Of a DNA stretch of 64,000 bases, positions 1-11,786 are shown one piece after another. A program made the translations under genes and the position numbers. Below the pieces are notes generated by a model, which saw only the letters and a program-made list of their open reading frames with translations, did not search any database and was not told the DNA's origin. Origin of the DNA: Octopus sinensis (Eukaryota); NCBI RefSeq assembly GCF_006345805.1, contig NC_043007.1, positions 46,500,001 to 46,564,000 on the forward strand, in the 5' to 3' direction. Positions within the stretch are counted from its first letter, which is position 1. Each line of letters opens with the position of its first letter.

Positions 1-14
1 TATATAATATATAT

Positions 15-46
<32 letters not shown>

Positions 47-438
47 AATTAATTCTGAGTCAGCTGATATACTACTGAACTTTTATTCACTACTCCTTTA
101 TTCTGGCCTGGCACGCTGGTTGAAGACATTTGAATTGCATTTACGATGTATAACGATAACACTTGACATACACTTGTGTCCTTTGGATATGGTATGTATT
201 TGAGTTTTATAATTATATATCTCCGGCAGTTTGTATTGAAGTCCTCAGATAATTTATTTAATTATTAATGGCGAAATTTCGAGATATAGAAATAATTGTC
301 TTTTTAAAATTATTTTTCAAATGTACTTCCCCGCCTACTTTCAACGAGCTATAAATAAGAATGTATTTTTCGTGATTTGCATATTTGACATCTCATTCCA
401 GCATGTATGCATGTATACATGTATGTATATGCATACAT

Positions 439-1529
439 ACTACGTACTTCAACTTGCTGTACAAGCAGGTTGTAATTTTACCATGTGCTTATTCTTAGTG
501 AAAGTTTTCAAGAGTGCCGTTCGATTTTAACAGTTTTTTTCTAAACTAAATGAAAGGAGCTTATTCGGCATATTTTGTTTTATGAGTTCTATAAAGCAAC
601 AACGCAAAGGAAAGTGCGAGGAATATTAATGCAGTATATACGGATCGGTCAATAAGTGTCAACGCTGTTTCCAGAAATTCCGAACCAGAAACTGCAACCT
701 AGAAGACCAGTTCCGTCCTATAAGATCTGTAGAGATCGATGAGGATAACCTGCCTATCCTGGTGGAACAAAATCCCATCGTTACTGATGGGGAACCAGAG
801 AAGTTTGGATTTGGTCATTCAGCTATTCATCGTCACCTGCAGGTCATCGGAAAAGTCAGTAAATTGGGTCAATGGGTTCCTCACAAACTTTCCGAGACTA
901 ATCGTGCGCAGAGATAGAAGGTGTGTTTTCTTTACGGTCACGTCACACAATGAAACTGTTCTGGACCGAATAATGACTGGTGACGAGATATGGGTTCTCT
1001 ATGAAGATGTAAAGCGCCGATAACAATGGGTAGAGAAAGGAGAAATACCGGCACTCCAGGTTAAAGAACGTCTTCACCCACGTAAGGATTTTTATCTGTT
1101 TAATGGTATATGAAAGATTTAGTCTATTTTAAACTTAACAAAGGAGATCTACTGCGAGCAGCTTGAGCGGCTTAAGTCATCGCTAAAAGTAAAACAACCA
1201 TCTCTGATTTCAAGACGAAAGGTGTTCTTCCATTAGGAAAATGCGCGGTCACATACAGCGAGGATGACATTCCATATTTGCCGGACATTGCCCCATCAGA
1301 TTATCATTTATTCCGCACTCTACAAAATTATTTTTAAACAGTAGTGGAGGAATATTTTTCGTCATGGACAAGTGAAATTTGGAAGAGGGACTTTGCAAAT
1401 CTACCTGATAGATGGATGAGCATTGTAGAAAATGAAGGAAAGCATATTTTAGATTAAAAAATAACTTTGTTTATTTTAATATTGAAAAATAAAAGAGGTA
1501 TAAAAAACCATTATATATGGGATGTCCCA

Positions 1530-1532
<3 letters not shown>
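439..1532 (+). mobile_element. Degenerate mariner transposon, copy 1 (left TIR missing)
   Basis: Broken frames encode mariner motifs: IRHILFYEF, GKVSKLGQWVPHKL and VLDRIMTGDEIWVLYEDVKRR. The right TIR-like end ccattatatatgggatgtcccaata is followed by TA. Homologous to 48030-49187. Confidence 0.9.
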
Positions 1533-1566
<34 letters not shown>

Positions 1567-1940
1567 ATACACATATATATATTATGAATTTCATTAGCGG
1601 TTGAAATAGCCTCATTAAGGGATAAAAATATCGATTGAATTACTAGTTCTTTACCTATTATTTTTTGTGAATAGTGATAGTAATAAAATAAGTCTAAGTA
1701 TAAATCATGGTTTATTAATATTCAAATTAACATTCGGACAATGTGACTGTAGCATTAATATTATTTATTAACTGCAATAATACAAAATATCCCCTTACAG
1801 CTATTTCAATTTTGCCTTAAGATTAAATTCAATAATCATATCATTGTTTTGGGCAAAATTGATACGTCTGTAAGAAAATATATTGGATTTTTGCAGTTAA
1901 TAAATCTTATTAATGCTACATCTCCATTTTCTGAATTTTA

Positions 1941-1972
<32 letters not shown>

Positions 1973-2021
1973 TGTGTGTGTGTGTGTGTGTGTGTGTATT
2001 TATATGAAGGAGAGAGAAGGA

Positions 2022-2180
2022 GAAGCACGTAGTAGTGTGCTACGAAGTTTCCTTCCCAACAACATGGTACCAGGTACCGTGTCATGCCGCACTGCGTAGC
2101 AACTTATCCTCCACTATTTCCTCGAGTTGACCAAATCCTTAGTGGATTTGGCAGAAGCAAACTGAAAGAAACCCGATCTG
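2022..2180 (+). mobile_element. Degenerate tRNA-derived SINE head (family A)
   Basis: Similar to 5769-5915(-), 30740-30905 and 55869-56035; ends in aaactgaaagaaacccg. Confidence 0.7.
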
Positions 2181-2199
2181 CATATATATTATGATACAA

Positions 2200-3610
2200 G
2201 AAAAATGAAATTCACGAGACTTTATTATTCACTACGATTGTTTCACCATCTTGCACCGGTAGCTATTTAGTAAAATGCATTTGCCGTTTATATGTTGTTT
2301 ATTCTTTAGTTTTCCAGCTATAGATATGACTTGTTGCAGTTGGTGTAGTTTGGCGTTTAGGTTTTATTTTTAATCGTGTATCAGAATATCGCATCTGCGA
2401 GCTTTCTGATATCATGTGAAGTGGTTCTCTTTGTTATATTTCATAACTACAATGATCTATGAGATACTTTTTCACACAAATAAAATTCCATTTTTTAAGT
2501 TACGTGCTCATGTTGGTTCAGGCTTTCTGTTTGTATCTTGTATGCATGACTTTGGCTCTTGAGGTCTGGCTGGTAATACAGTAGCTGAGACATATATCAA
2601 AAAGTTAATGATTTCATAGGTTGTTTTCATAAATAGTGTGGCCATCAGATATTTGTTTCCTATTTTATTTACTGCTTCTAATTCTAATTTACTGGGTTTT
2701 TATATTGATGTTATATGGTCTGTCATTGAAATTGAAGTTGACTTGTTGAAACGTACCAAGCCACATTTCTTCTAACACGTACACAAGGTTTTGGTGTTTT
2801 TCTCTTTGTACAGTTGTTGTGAATCTCAGCTACATTGTTGGCGTGTTGTTTACAGTTATATTTAGTTGACAATTCTCTCTGTCCTTCAGTGAAAGTGGAA
2901 TGATTATAGTCAATGGTTGGCCTCATAGTTCCAGCCTGCTTCGAATTAGAGATTTCTGTTTGATGTATCAATATTTATATCTAATGATAAGCTTTGCTTG
3001 TTCATTTAAATGTTTTGGGGAAAAGTCTGTGTCAATTTTTTTAGCCTTTGTATAAAACCGAGCTCTGGGTGTCAGATTTTACGTATGTTTCATATAAATT
3101 TTTGTTAAGATCGTAGGTCCATTGTATACAATTATTGTAGTCAGGATTTGGTCGAAGGAGACATATACATTTAGCCATCTTGATTTCGTCTATTCACTGG
3201 TATTTTTAATTGTTTTTTCAAAACATACAATAATCTTCTTCCAGAATGTTCTGTCAGAATTAGATTTAAAGTTGTATACAGCTTGGTTAATCTTTCCTTC
3301 AGGTTGTATTTAATCATATGATAGATTTTAAACGTATATATTAAGTGATGACTGTCATTTTCGAAAATTGTTTCAAAATGTTACTCGACCTAGTACGTTG
3401 TGTGTGGATCGTTACAACGCTGGGTTTACGTAATTAAGTTAAGATGTATGTATAGTCCAAGTTGATACGCTGCAATATATGTTTATGTTTAAAACACTTA
3501 CGTAGAAATATTCGTATGGAACTTTATCGCACTCTATAACTCAACTTTTCCAATATTTGGTATGTTGCCTTCATATGAACTGCAATTACAAAGTCCGAGT
3601 ATCGGACTAA
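2200..3610 (-). mobile_element. Possible highly degenerate Penelope-like fragment
   Basis: Only faint RT-thumb-like translations (LNVYVSF..IVY..) and a pLTR-like end (GAAAC..TCGTAGTGAATAATAAAG on the minus strand); many stops. Confidence 0.3.
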
Positions 3611-3684
3611 CTATATCACTGTCTTTTTATATATGTGAGGTGTGTATGCAAATGGGCATGTATATATAAATTCATGTGTGTATA

Positions 3685-3758
<74 letters not shown>

Positions 3759-4075
3759 TATATATATATGCGTACACAAACATACAGATAAGCACACATA
3801 TGCATATATACATATATATATATATATCTATATCTATATATGTACAAAATATTATTTATATATATTATGTATATTACACACATATATATACTATATATAT
3901 ATATATATATACTATTTATATATATTATATATCACATATATGTATGTATATTAAGTTGTGTACATATATATTATTTATATATTATATATCACATATATGT
4001 ATATGTATAAATTTGTGTATATATATATTATTTATATATATATATATCACATATGTATATGTATATGTATATATA

Positions 4076-4129
<54 letters not shown>

Positions 4130-4289
4130 GTGTGCATGTATATAGAGGGAGGGAGAGAAAGAGGTCACAAATGTGATGGAGTGTGCTGACTAGCACCACT
4201 TATACTAAAGTAAGAGGTAAATTAACTCCAAAGCTACTAAAGCACCGTACTTAACGACTGACAAAAGATGGTAAGTCCCATGCGAATAT

Positions 4290-4345
4290 AGCCGTATCAC
4301 AATTTTGAATTTAGCCGTAGACCATCTTAATTCTTATCAGTGGCT
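4290..4345 (-). ncRNA. Minimal type-I hammerhead ribozyme motif, mutated (G8A, G12A)
   Basis: Minus strand: AGCCA CTGATAA GAATT..AATTC AAAA TTGTGA TA CGGCT. Confidence 0.7.
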
Positions 4346-4623
4346 CTTAATTCCTAGTTTCAAACTGAACTTCCTTTGTGAATCTTATAAGAAAGACCGT
4401 TGAAGTCTTGTGCTGGTTTTGAAAACGGTAAAATTATCAAGACAAATTAAAAGTGTGGTTTATTAGTAATTAGAGCCTAAAGGCAAAGTTAATAGAAGTC
4501 ACAAAAGTGACGGAAAGCGCTGACTAGCAGAGCGTATACTAAAATAAGACTTAAATTAAATCTAAAGCCACTAAATCACTATACTTACTGACTTACAAAG
4601 GGGGTTAGATCCCTTGCGTATAT

Positions 4624-4679
4624 AGCTGCATCGCGATTTCGAATTTTGTTGTAGACAACCTTAATTCTCATCAGCGGCT
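4624..4679 (-). ncRNA. Minimal type-I hammerhead ribozyme motif (intact core, G at cleavage position)
   Basis: Minus strand: AGCCG CTGATGA GAATT-AAG-GTTG tcta CAAC-AA-AATTC GAAA TCGCGA TG CAGCT. Stem III contains the palindrome TCGCGA. Confidence 0.8.
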
Positions 4680-4818
4680 CTTAACGTCTCGGTTCCCAAT
4701 TCAATTTTTGAAAATCAGCACAATATTTCAACGGTTTTTCTTATAAGATTTACAAAAGAAGTTGAGTTGAATACTAGGCGTCAGGAGACGCTGAGGAGAA
4801 TTAAGGTGCTCTACACTA

Positions 4819-4850
<32 letters not shown>

Positions 4851-5029
4851 GCGTGTGTTTGCCAACACAATCTGGAAGTCATTTTCAGTATGATGATACT
4901 ACTTTTTAGCCCCAGCAAAACATCTTTTCCAGCTGGCTACCAACGCATGGTTTGTGTCCGTATACCGTGAGCAAGGGTGTTTCTAAACTTAGCGATACCT
5001 GTAGACCAATATATATATATAGTATGTGA

Positions 5030-5224
5030 CCTCGTGAAGACGACCTGCAATTTTTTTCCTCTGTCCTCCCGTCTCGGGATCTTTCTTTCTTTCTCTTATG
5101 TTTCCGACGAAGAGCTCCGCTCGAGACGTCATACCCTCCTTCTTCCATTTTCTGAGCGCCTAATAATATTAATACTGTAATCGTTCCACGTGTTGTTGTT
5201 TTTTCTGTTTTCCCGTTTGGATTA

Positions 5225-5228
<4 letters not shown>
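5030..5228 (+). mobile_element. Solo Penelope pLTR-like segment with degenerate hammerhead at 5100-5134
   Basis: GTTT CCGACGA A GAGC TCC GCTC GAGA CG TC ATAC. Same layout as 15262-15456 and 27290-27470; ends in (TA)n. Confidence 0.65.
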
Positions 5229-5306
<78 letters not shown>

Positions 5307-5518
5307 TATGTACGTATGTAATGTATATCATATCAGTCACCAATATTAGGCGAGTGATAATCTTCATTTTATTGATTTCCTTTTATTAATGTCTTGATCC
5401 TTGTTACATAGATATTCCTATCCTATCTTACCATCAATCTTCCCACGAAGAATGAGGCTAGAGGTAGTGCAGGGATTTTGAGTAAAAGAGGAACTGATGA
5501 TCTACAGATTATCAATAG

Positions 5519-5915
5519 CTCTTTTACTTGTTTTAGTCATTTGACTGTGGCCATGCTGGAGCACCGCCTTTAGTCGAGCAAATCGACTACAGGACTTATT
5601 CTTTGTAAGCCTAGTACTTATTGTATCAGTCTCTTTTTGCCAAACTGCTAAGTTACAGGGACGTAAACACACCATCATCGGTTGTCAAGCGATGTTGGAG
5701 ATAAACACAGACACAAAAAAGCACACGCACTCACACATATATATATTTATATATATATATATATATATACGACGGGCATCTTTCAGTTTCCGTCTACCAA
5801 ATCCACTCACAGGCTATAGTAGAAGACAGTGGCCCAAGGAGCCACCCAGTGGGACTGTACCCAAAATCATGTGGTTCGTAAGCAAGCTACTTACCACACA
5901 GCCACTCCTACGCCT
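5519..5915 (-). mobile_element. Bipartite SINE (family A head, central microsatellite, 3' body)
   Basis: Minus strand: aggcgtaggagtggctgtgtggtaagtagcttgc..gaaactgaaagatgcccgtc, then (TA)n/(TG)n, then ..cgtccctgtaacttagcag..ggcggtgctccagcatggccacagtcaaatgact. Homologues at 30740-31575 and 55869-56180. Confidence 0.85.
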
Positions 5916-6136
5916 ATGTTCATTTTCTTTTAACTAACCAGAATTAAAGTAATATTTTAAGTCAGAACTCCTTCCAGTACCAGCTAACAGTTATTCGATG
6001 TACATACAAAAATACATGCATACATATATGCATGTATTTATATTCTCACACACACACACACATGTGTGTGTATGTATGTATGTATATATGTTTATTTATA
6101 TATATATATATATTACTCCTGAGGTCTTACAAAACA

Positions 6137-6189
<53 letters not shown>

Positions 6190-6194
6190 TAACG

Positions 6195-6285
<91 letters not shown>
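6195..6285. repeat. (GATA)n microsatellite
   Basis: Direct tetranucleotide run; similar runs at 11660-11790 and 30610-30725. Confidence 0.95.
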
Positions 6286-7703
6286 AACGGTGCACGCTCC
6301 TGATCAGACAAACCCAAACAAATACAACTATATTTAGATGTATTTGTGTACATATTGTGTGCAGATACAATATATAGTAATCAAAAAAATATTGCTTCCC
6401 TATTCTGTTCATTACCTTAACAAACATATATAGTTGTATCGCGTCAATGGGTTATCATAATTTCAAAATTCTTATTTCGATAATGCTCCAATATATCTAT
6501 ACCTATAAAATCTCTAACAAGAAACATTGAATGCATCTCCAAAATATTTCTATCTATTTATATCTGTCTTACAAATTTCAAAGTTGTACACTCGTTTTTC
6601 ATTGGTATTACTTTCCATCGTTTAATATATTGTCTCTCTCGTAGAATTAATCATAATATAAAATAGTCAATATATCTAGCAATAACTATGAAATATATAT
6701 TTATGATTACATTGGATACGATGAGTATCATACTAAAACGGAAAGTACAAGCGGCACACTTAGTAGGAATCTCCCCAACGCATCCTCACGCCATTTATTA
6801 TTTGCTGTAGTCAAGTGAATGAAAATGTAGATTCCATTTTTAGGTGAATTTACGAGACAGTGAAAGGGAAATGAAGGAATTATTCTCAGAATTAAAACGA
6901 TATCCAAATTCTTACAACTAAATTATTAATGGTAAATGAGCCTGGGTATAACTGGTACATTAAAAACTTGTGAATGTTGAAGTCTACTACACGATTCTCT
7001 TGTGACAAGAGTATACACTCTATTCCAGTGTTTCTGACGAAAGCATTCAATTGTTTTATTTGAGGACTAATGTGTATGCAGTTCATCTGTTTTCTTTTGT
7101 CAACTAAGAGTTTATAAATTTTAATATCTTATTACTCCTTTAATTTACAAAACTATAGTACCTATTACACTGTCTAACAAAATGTTTATCGTGTTTTTTT
7201 TTTGTCATTGGACAGCAGGTGTTATTTTGTATTTGATTCTATCTAGAAATCAAAGGGAGTGAATACTATGCAAATCTTACTTTTGTGACCTGGATACCAA
7301 TGTTTTGAAACTGACTTATTTTCGATTACTTTTCAGATTCAGCTGAATCAGAAATATCGTTACAGCAAATACTTTGCTCGGTACCATAGATTTGTTTATC
7401 ATTTGATTGGTCTTAACCACTTGATCATGTCCATTAGAGGCTGACAATATGCGCATCTCTGATCATGAGCAGGAGAAGTGGGGTGGCATCATAGCTATAT
7501 GCTGAGAGGGATCCTTTGGAGTTTGAATACATGTAACAAATGCAGAGTTTGAAGGAAATATTAGTTATTTTTCATACTTTCTATGGGTAAGCAAATAGAA
7601 AATAAAAGTTGCTTCCCAAAGACAAAAATCATGTTACAGTGTTATAGTTTCTTGTCTGCGTCGACAAATCACACTAAGAAATACCTCCAATACACACATG
7701 CAC

Positions 7704-7756
<53 letters not shown>

Positions 7757-7967
7757 GCGTGTTATAAAATTCTAAATTAAGCGTTCATATCAATGAGAAA
7801 CTTAACCCTAAGTCCATCGTCTTTTATAAGGAGAGTCTTCGTCGATCGAGTGTGGAGGCAGAACATATAATAAGCTTACGGAATGCATTCACATGGAACG
7901 TTGCATATAGAAATATAGGATGTAATCAAGTATTATTTTTCATCGCTGGCCATAACCATGTATATTA

Positions 7968-10183
7968 CACAATGTAACACATATTTTGTTTATTTGTAAT
8001 TTTTAATGTTCATATATGCATTTTTGCAGTTAAATTAAAACATCACGTTCGTTTTGACGTAACATCGATAGTTGTTTATTTATTCCCAATTTCATATTTG
8101 CTTGTTATATTTGTAACGATTCTCTACAGCACTTTGTTGGTTCAATCTATTCTAGTATTATAAGGATAATTACACAACATTTAGTATTTTTTCATATATT
8201 GAAGGGTATTTAAGACGTATAATATTAGTTAGAACAAAAGCAAACAATAAAACTCTTCACTGTAAATGCCTTGATAACTCTTTTCTTAAGATGAGAAGTG
8301 CTTTGACGATCGAGATTTTCTTGAGTGTATACCTTCATCTCTTCTGACTAGAGACCATATATAATCTCCCATCATAGCAGTATCACATCGTCTTTGGTAT
8401 CTTCTTTCATAGTTGCGATGTCCTGATGAAATCTCTCACCATGCTCCTCACTGACATCACCCAAGTTTTCGGGGAAAGAAAATCTAGGTGAGAGTGTAAA
8501 AAATGAACATTTAAGGACAAACGACAACCCATTTCCTTGAAGTTTTCAGTAGGATTTGCCACCAGCTGTTTGTAAATAGGATCCTTGTGATTTCATAGGA
8601 ATCCACAAACTACATCACGAAATGCACACCAAGCTTCTTTTTCAACTTTTGTCATCGCTCTTTCCAGTTTCTCCGACTTTAACATTGCATGTTTTGGGGC
8701 CCAACAAATATGCTACCCTTGATCTTAGTCTCAGATAGCTTTGAAAATATAAGGCAAATTTCTTGAAAAGCTTCTCCTCTAGACTCTAAGGCCATCACAA
8801 ACTATTTTACCAATCCGAGTTTGATATGAAGTGGGGGTAATAAGATTTTTTGGAATCTACTAGAGGCTATTTGAGAACATTTAACATTCCTGGCTGTAGT
8901 TACACACATAGGGGCCAATGTACTCTCTTACAATGATCATCATCTGCTCTGCTGTCTCATAAGCAAAGGAAACATGAATACTCTGTGTATCCCCCTAGCA
9001 AGCCAGACAAGAAGGTAATCATCTTGAAATCACCACAAACATGCCACTTGAACCTCAGCGTAATTTATTTTGTCGAGAAGTTCTTTGACATTATGGTAAT
9101 TTTCTTTCTTCTGTATGGAGTGTGCAAGAGGCAAAGGAGGATATTTATTTCCATTGTGGAAAAACACTGCTTTGAGACTTCGTGTTGAGCTATCTATGAA
9201 CAGGCGCCATTCTGCAGAATCATGCTTGAGTTCAATATCAGTAAACAAACCAATCACATCTTTGCAATGACACAGATCATTAATATGTTCATAGAAAATT
9301 TCAAATTCTTCATGGCGTTTCAAGTACACAGATGTCTTGCAGTCTTCCCCCAGTAGATTCCATTCCTTCAACCATTATGAAAAATGTCCAGCTCCTGACT
9401 TAGTAAAAACCAGATTCCTGATTAAATCATCTAGCTCACTCTGATTTGGAAAATGAGGCTCCGAAGTCGTTCTTGGTACGAAAGCTTCCCCCATTTCTTG
9501 GCTGCTGCTACTTGCTGACCCTTCTGATGAAATATTTTCTGGTGATAGTGGTACTCGTAAACTGTCCTCACGTGGAATAAGTACTCTAGATGATGGTATG
9601 TCTGGATACTGAGGAGCTTTTCTTCCTTTCACCTTTCTGTACTTTGTCACATCGATCATACAAAAGTAACAGTCATTGTGATGGTTCTTTGGTTCTCTCC
9701 ATACCCTTGGAATGGCAAAAGGCATTGACCTTCCTGTACCTCTTAACCACCCTTCTAGAGTAGAACGACAGCTTTCACATATCACATGTGGGGCCCATGG
9801 TTTGTCCTGGTCACCCATGGGCATTCCGAAATAGAGTCTGTACACTATCCACAATTTGCCAACTTTCACGATATTATGTAATACCTGCCTTTTTCCAATA
9901 GACTAATCACACACATAGCAAAAAGTATCTGGAGAATTTTTACATACTCTAGTAGCTATCCTGAAAGTAGCAGAACTTGGTAACTGATCTGAAAAAGAAA
10001 ATTAGACATACATTTAGCAGCTGAACATTATAATACCAAATATATGACATTGAAAGTCGACTTATATTTTAACTGTTGATACACAAAAAATATTTTCATT
10101 TTTGGAATCAGCAGAAAACATTGATTGATAAACAATAAAAAATACAATAAACAAATTTTTGTTTTGAAAATTGTTACGTTGTG
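7968..10183 (-). mobile_element. Chapaev3 (CMC superfamily) DNA transposon with both termini; transposase is a pseudogene
   Basis: Termini CACAATGTAACA (7968) and TGTTACGTTGTG (to 10183) are inverted and flanked by TTA on both sides. Minus-strand frames give CKNSPDTFCYVC, YFGMPMGDQDKPWAPHVICESC, FAIPRVWREPKNHHNDCYFC, WRLFIDSS, GDFKM..GGYTEYSCFLCL*DSRA, PPLHIKLG and NLGDVSEEHGERFHQDI, with stops and frameshifts. Confidence 0.9.
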
Positions 10184-10905
10184 TTACTTAACGAGGGCCA
10201 GTGTTATTGTATGTAAATAGATTGGCAGAGATTTTGAGATACCAGTGAAGCGAAGTTATCATATCTTCATCAGGCATCGCTGGCAAATATATATATAAAC
10301 TCAAGTCGAAGAGTGAGAAAAGTACAAGAAGTGTCATTGTGCGAAATATAAACGGAATGATGTGGGTTCCGAAGAAGAGTGGGTTATTCGATTGAGAGTT
10401 AATAATTAAAACATTTAACAGCAACAAGGAAAAGAAAGAAGATTAGGTATAGCATTAAATGATGGAGAAAATGACCAGCAGGGAAGCTATATAAAAAAAG
10501 GTAGTTAAAAAGAAATTGAAAGTGAAAAATGCAGTATGCAGGCGATTTCAGAGTTGCATACTCGATGCTTAGCATTCCCTAAATCATAACTGGCCAGAGA
10601 ATGTAGGATTGGAGATAAAAGAAAATAACGATAAAAATTATAAAGGCGATAAAGGGGTACAGAAAATAGAATTGTAATGTGTTGATGTATCTCAGGCAAC
10701 ATTTTTTGAGTATACTAAGAAAACAGGAAATTTCCGTAAGTCAGGGAAGACAATAAAAGAAGGTAAAAGAAATTAACAAAACAAAACTGAAATAAATGGC
10801 AATGGAATATAGTAAAGTTCAGGAAGACATGAGGGGTTTTGATTTTCTATAAGAGGTTTATAGATAAGAAAGTGCATATATTGATCGACGTTTATAATAT
10901 CAAAT

Positions 10906-11086
10906 TTTGGGAGAAAGCCTGCAATTTGGGGGGAAGGTTTAAATCGTTTACATCAACTGTTACTTACTTCATCGACCCTGAGGGGTAAAAGGCAAATCGC
11001 CCTCGGTGGAATTCGAGCGTAAAATCTGACGAAATGTCGCTAAGCATTTTCCCCAGCGTGCTCAAGATTCTCCCAGCTCACGGCTT
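10906..11086 (-). mobile_element. tRNA-derived SINE (family B), degenerate
   Basis: Similar to 17862-18484, 19473-19660, 28549-28735 and 61056-61270. Confidence 0.75.
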
Positions 11087-11145
11087 TATATTGATAGACA
11101 TATAAGCAAATAGATTGATAGGAAGTTAGCTAGCTAGCTAGCCGT

Positions 11146-11618
11146 GTTACTGGGTGTTATTGTTTACCTAACGAGCGCTTGCGAATCAAAGATTCTTCAT
11201 GCTTTTTTTGTTTCCTTAATGTTGGCCATTGGCGGTTAATGCTCCTGAAAGTAGTAAAAGTGTTTCAGTGTCTAATTACGGCTGTTCAGACTTGCTGTTA
11301 TTCTCCTAATGAATTGTACCTCTGTAACTCTGAGCTGGACAGCGCCGTATTCTAACTCTGTCAACGCTGTAAAGGGAACATTTTTCACCCGGATACTAGC
11401 GAAATGGATGGATATCGTCAATCTCAGCATTATTGAGGCAAACTTTATTTGGTGAATAACATCAAGCCTCAGCAGCCGTAATCAGCTAAACACACGGAAA
11501 CTTGTTTACTGTTTCCAGGAGCATTAATCGTCAGTGGCCAATATCAAGTATAAAAAAGACTGATGAAAATTCGTTAATTCGAAAGCGCTCACGAAGTAAA
11601 ACTACAACACCCAGCAAC
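11146..11618. repeat. Old foldback with ~165-bp diverged inverted arms and a hammerhead-like core
   Basis: 11146-11312 is the diverged reverse complement of 11446-11618. The right arm contains CTGATGA AAATT CGTT AATTC GAAA GCGC TC (11560-11590). Confidence 0.75.
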
Positions 11619-11656
11619 CTGACTCGCTCCTCATTACATGCCATATGGAGAGTACA

Positions 11657-11753
<97 letters not shown>

Positions 11754-11754
11754 C

Positions 11755-11786
<32 letters not shown>

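Larger units (their letters stand above)
4163..4771 (-). repeat. Diverged tandem repeat, period 334 bp, with one hammerhead motif per unit (retrozyme-like)
   Basis: ggtcacaaatgtga.. (4163) aligns with agtcacaaaagtga.. (4497). The hammerhead motifs at 4290 and 4624 have the same 334-bp offset. Segment 4358-4425 is the reverse complement of 4706-4771. Confidence 0.85.

Noticed and set aside
2231-2262. Hammerhead-like GAAAC..TC with CTAC/GTAG stem I on the minus strand
   Set aside because: The CUGANGA core and stem II are absent, so it is too degenerate to call.
3611-4189. ORFs rich in YI/IY repeats (also at 4906-5367, 6096-6427, 11502-11912, 38349-38683, 43468-43915 and similar)
   Set aside because: These are translations of (TA)n, (GATA)n and (AAT)n microsatellites, which lack stops in some frames; not genes.
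7347-7390. Possible small exon after ttttcag (IQLNQKYRYSKYFAR)
   Set aside because: Weak donor site, no recognisable homology and no companion exons.
10255-10285. CTGATGA on the minus strand next to a short hairpin
   Set aside because: No GAAA or stem III/stem I partner. Other isolated CTGATGA/CTGAAGA hits (5497, 21190, 23470, 38298, 46775) were rejected for the same reason.
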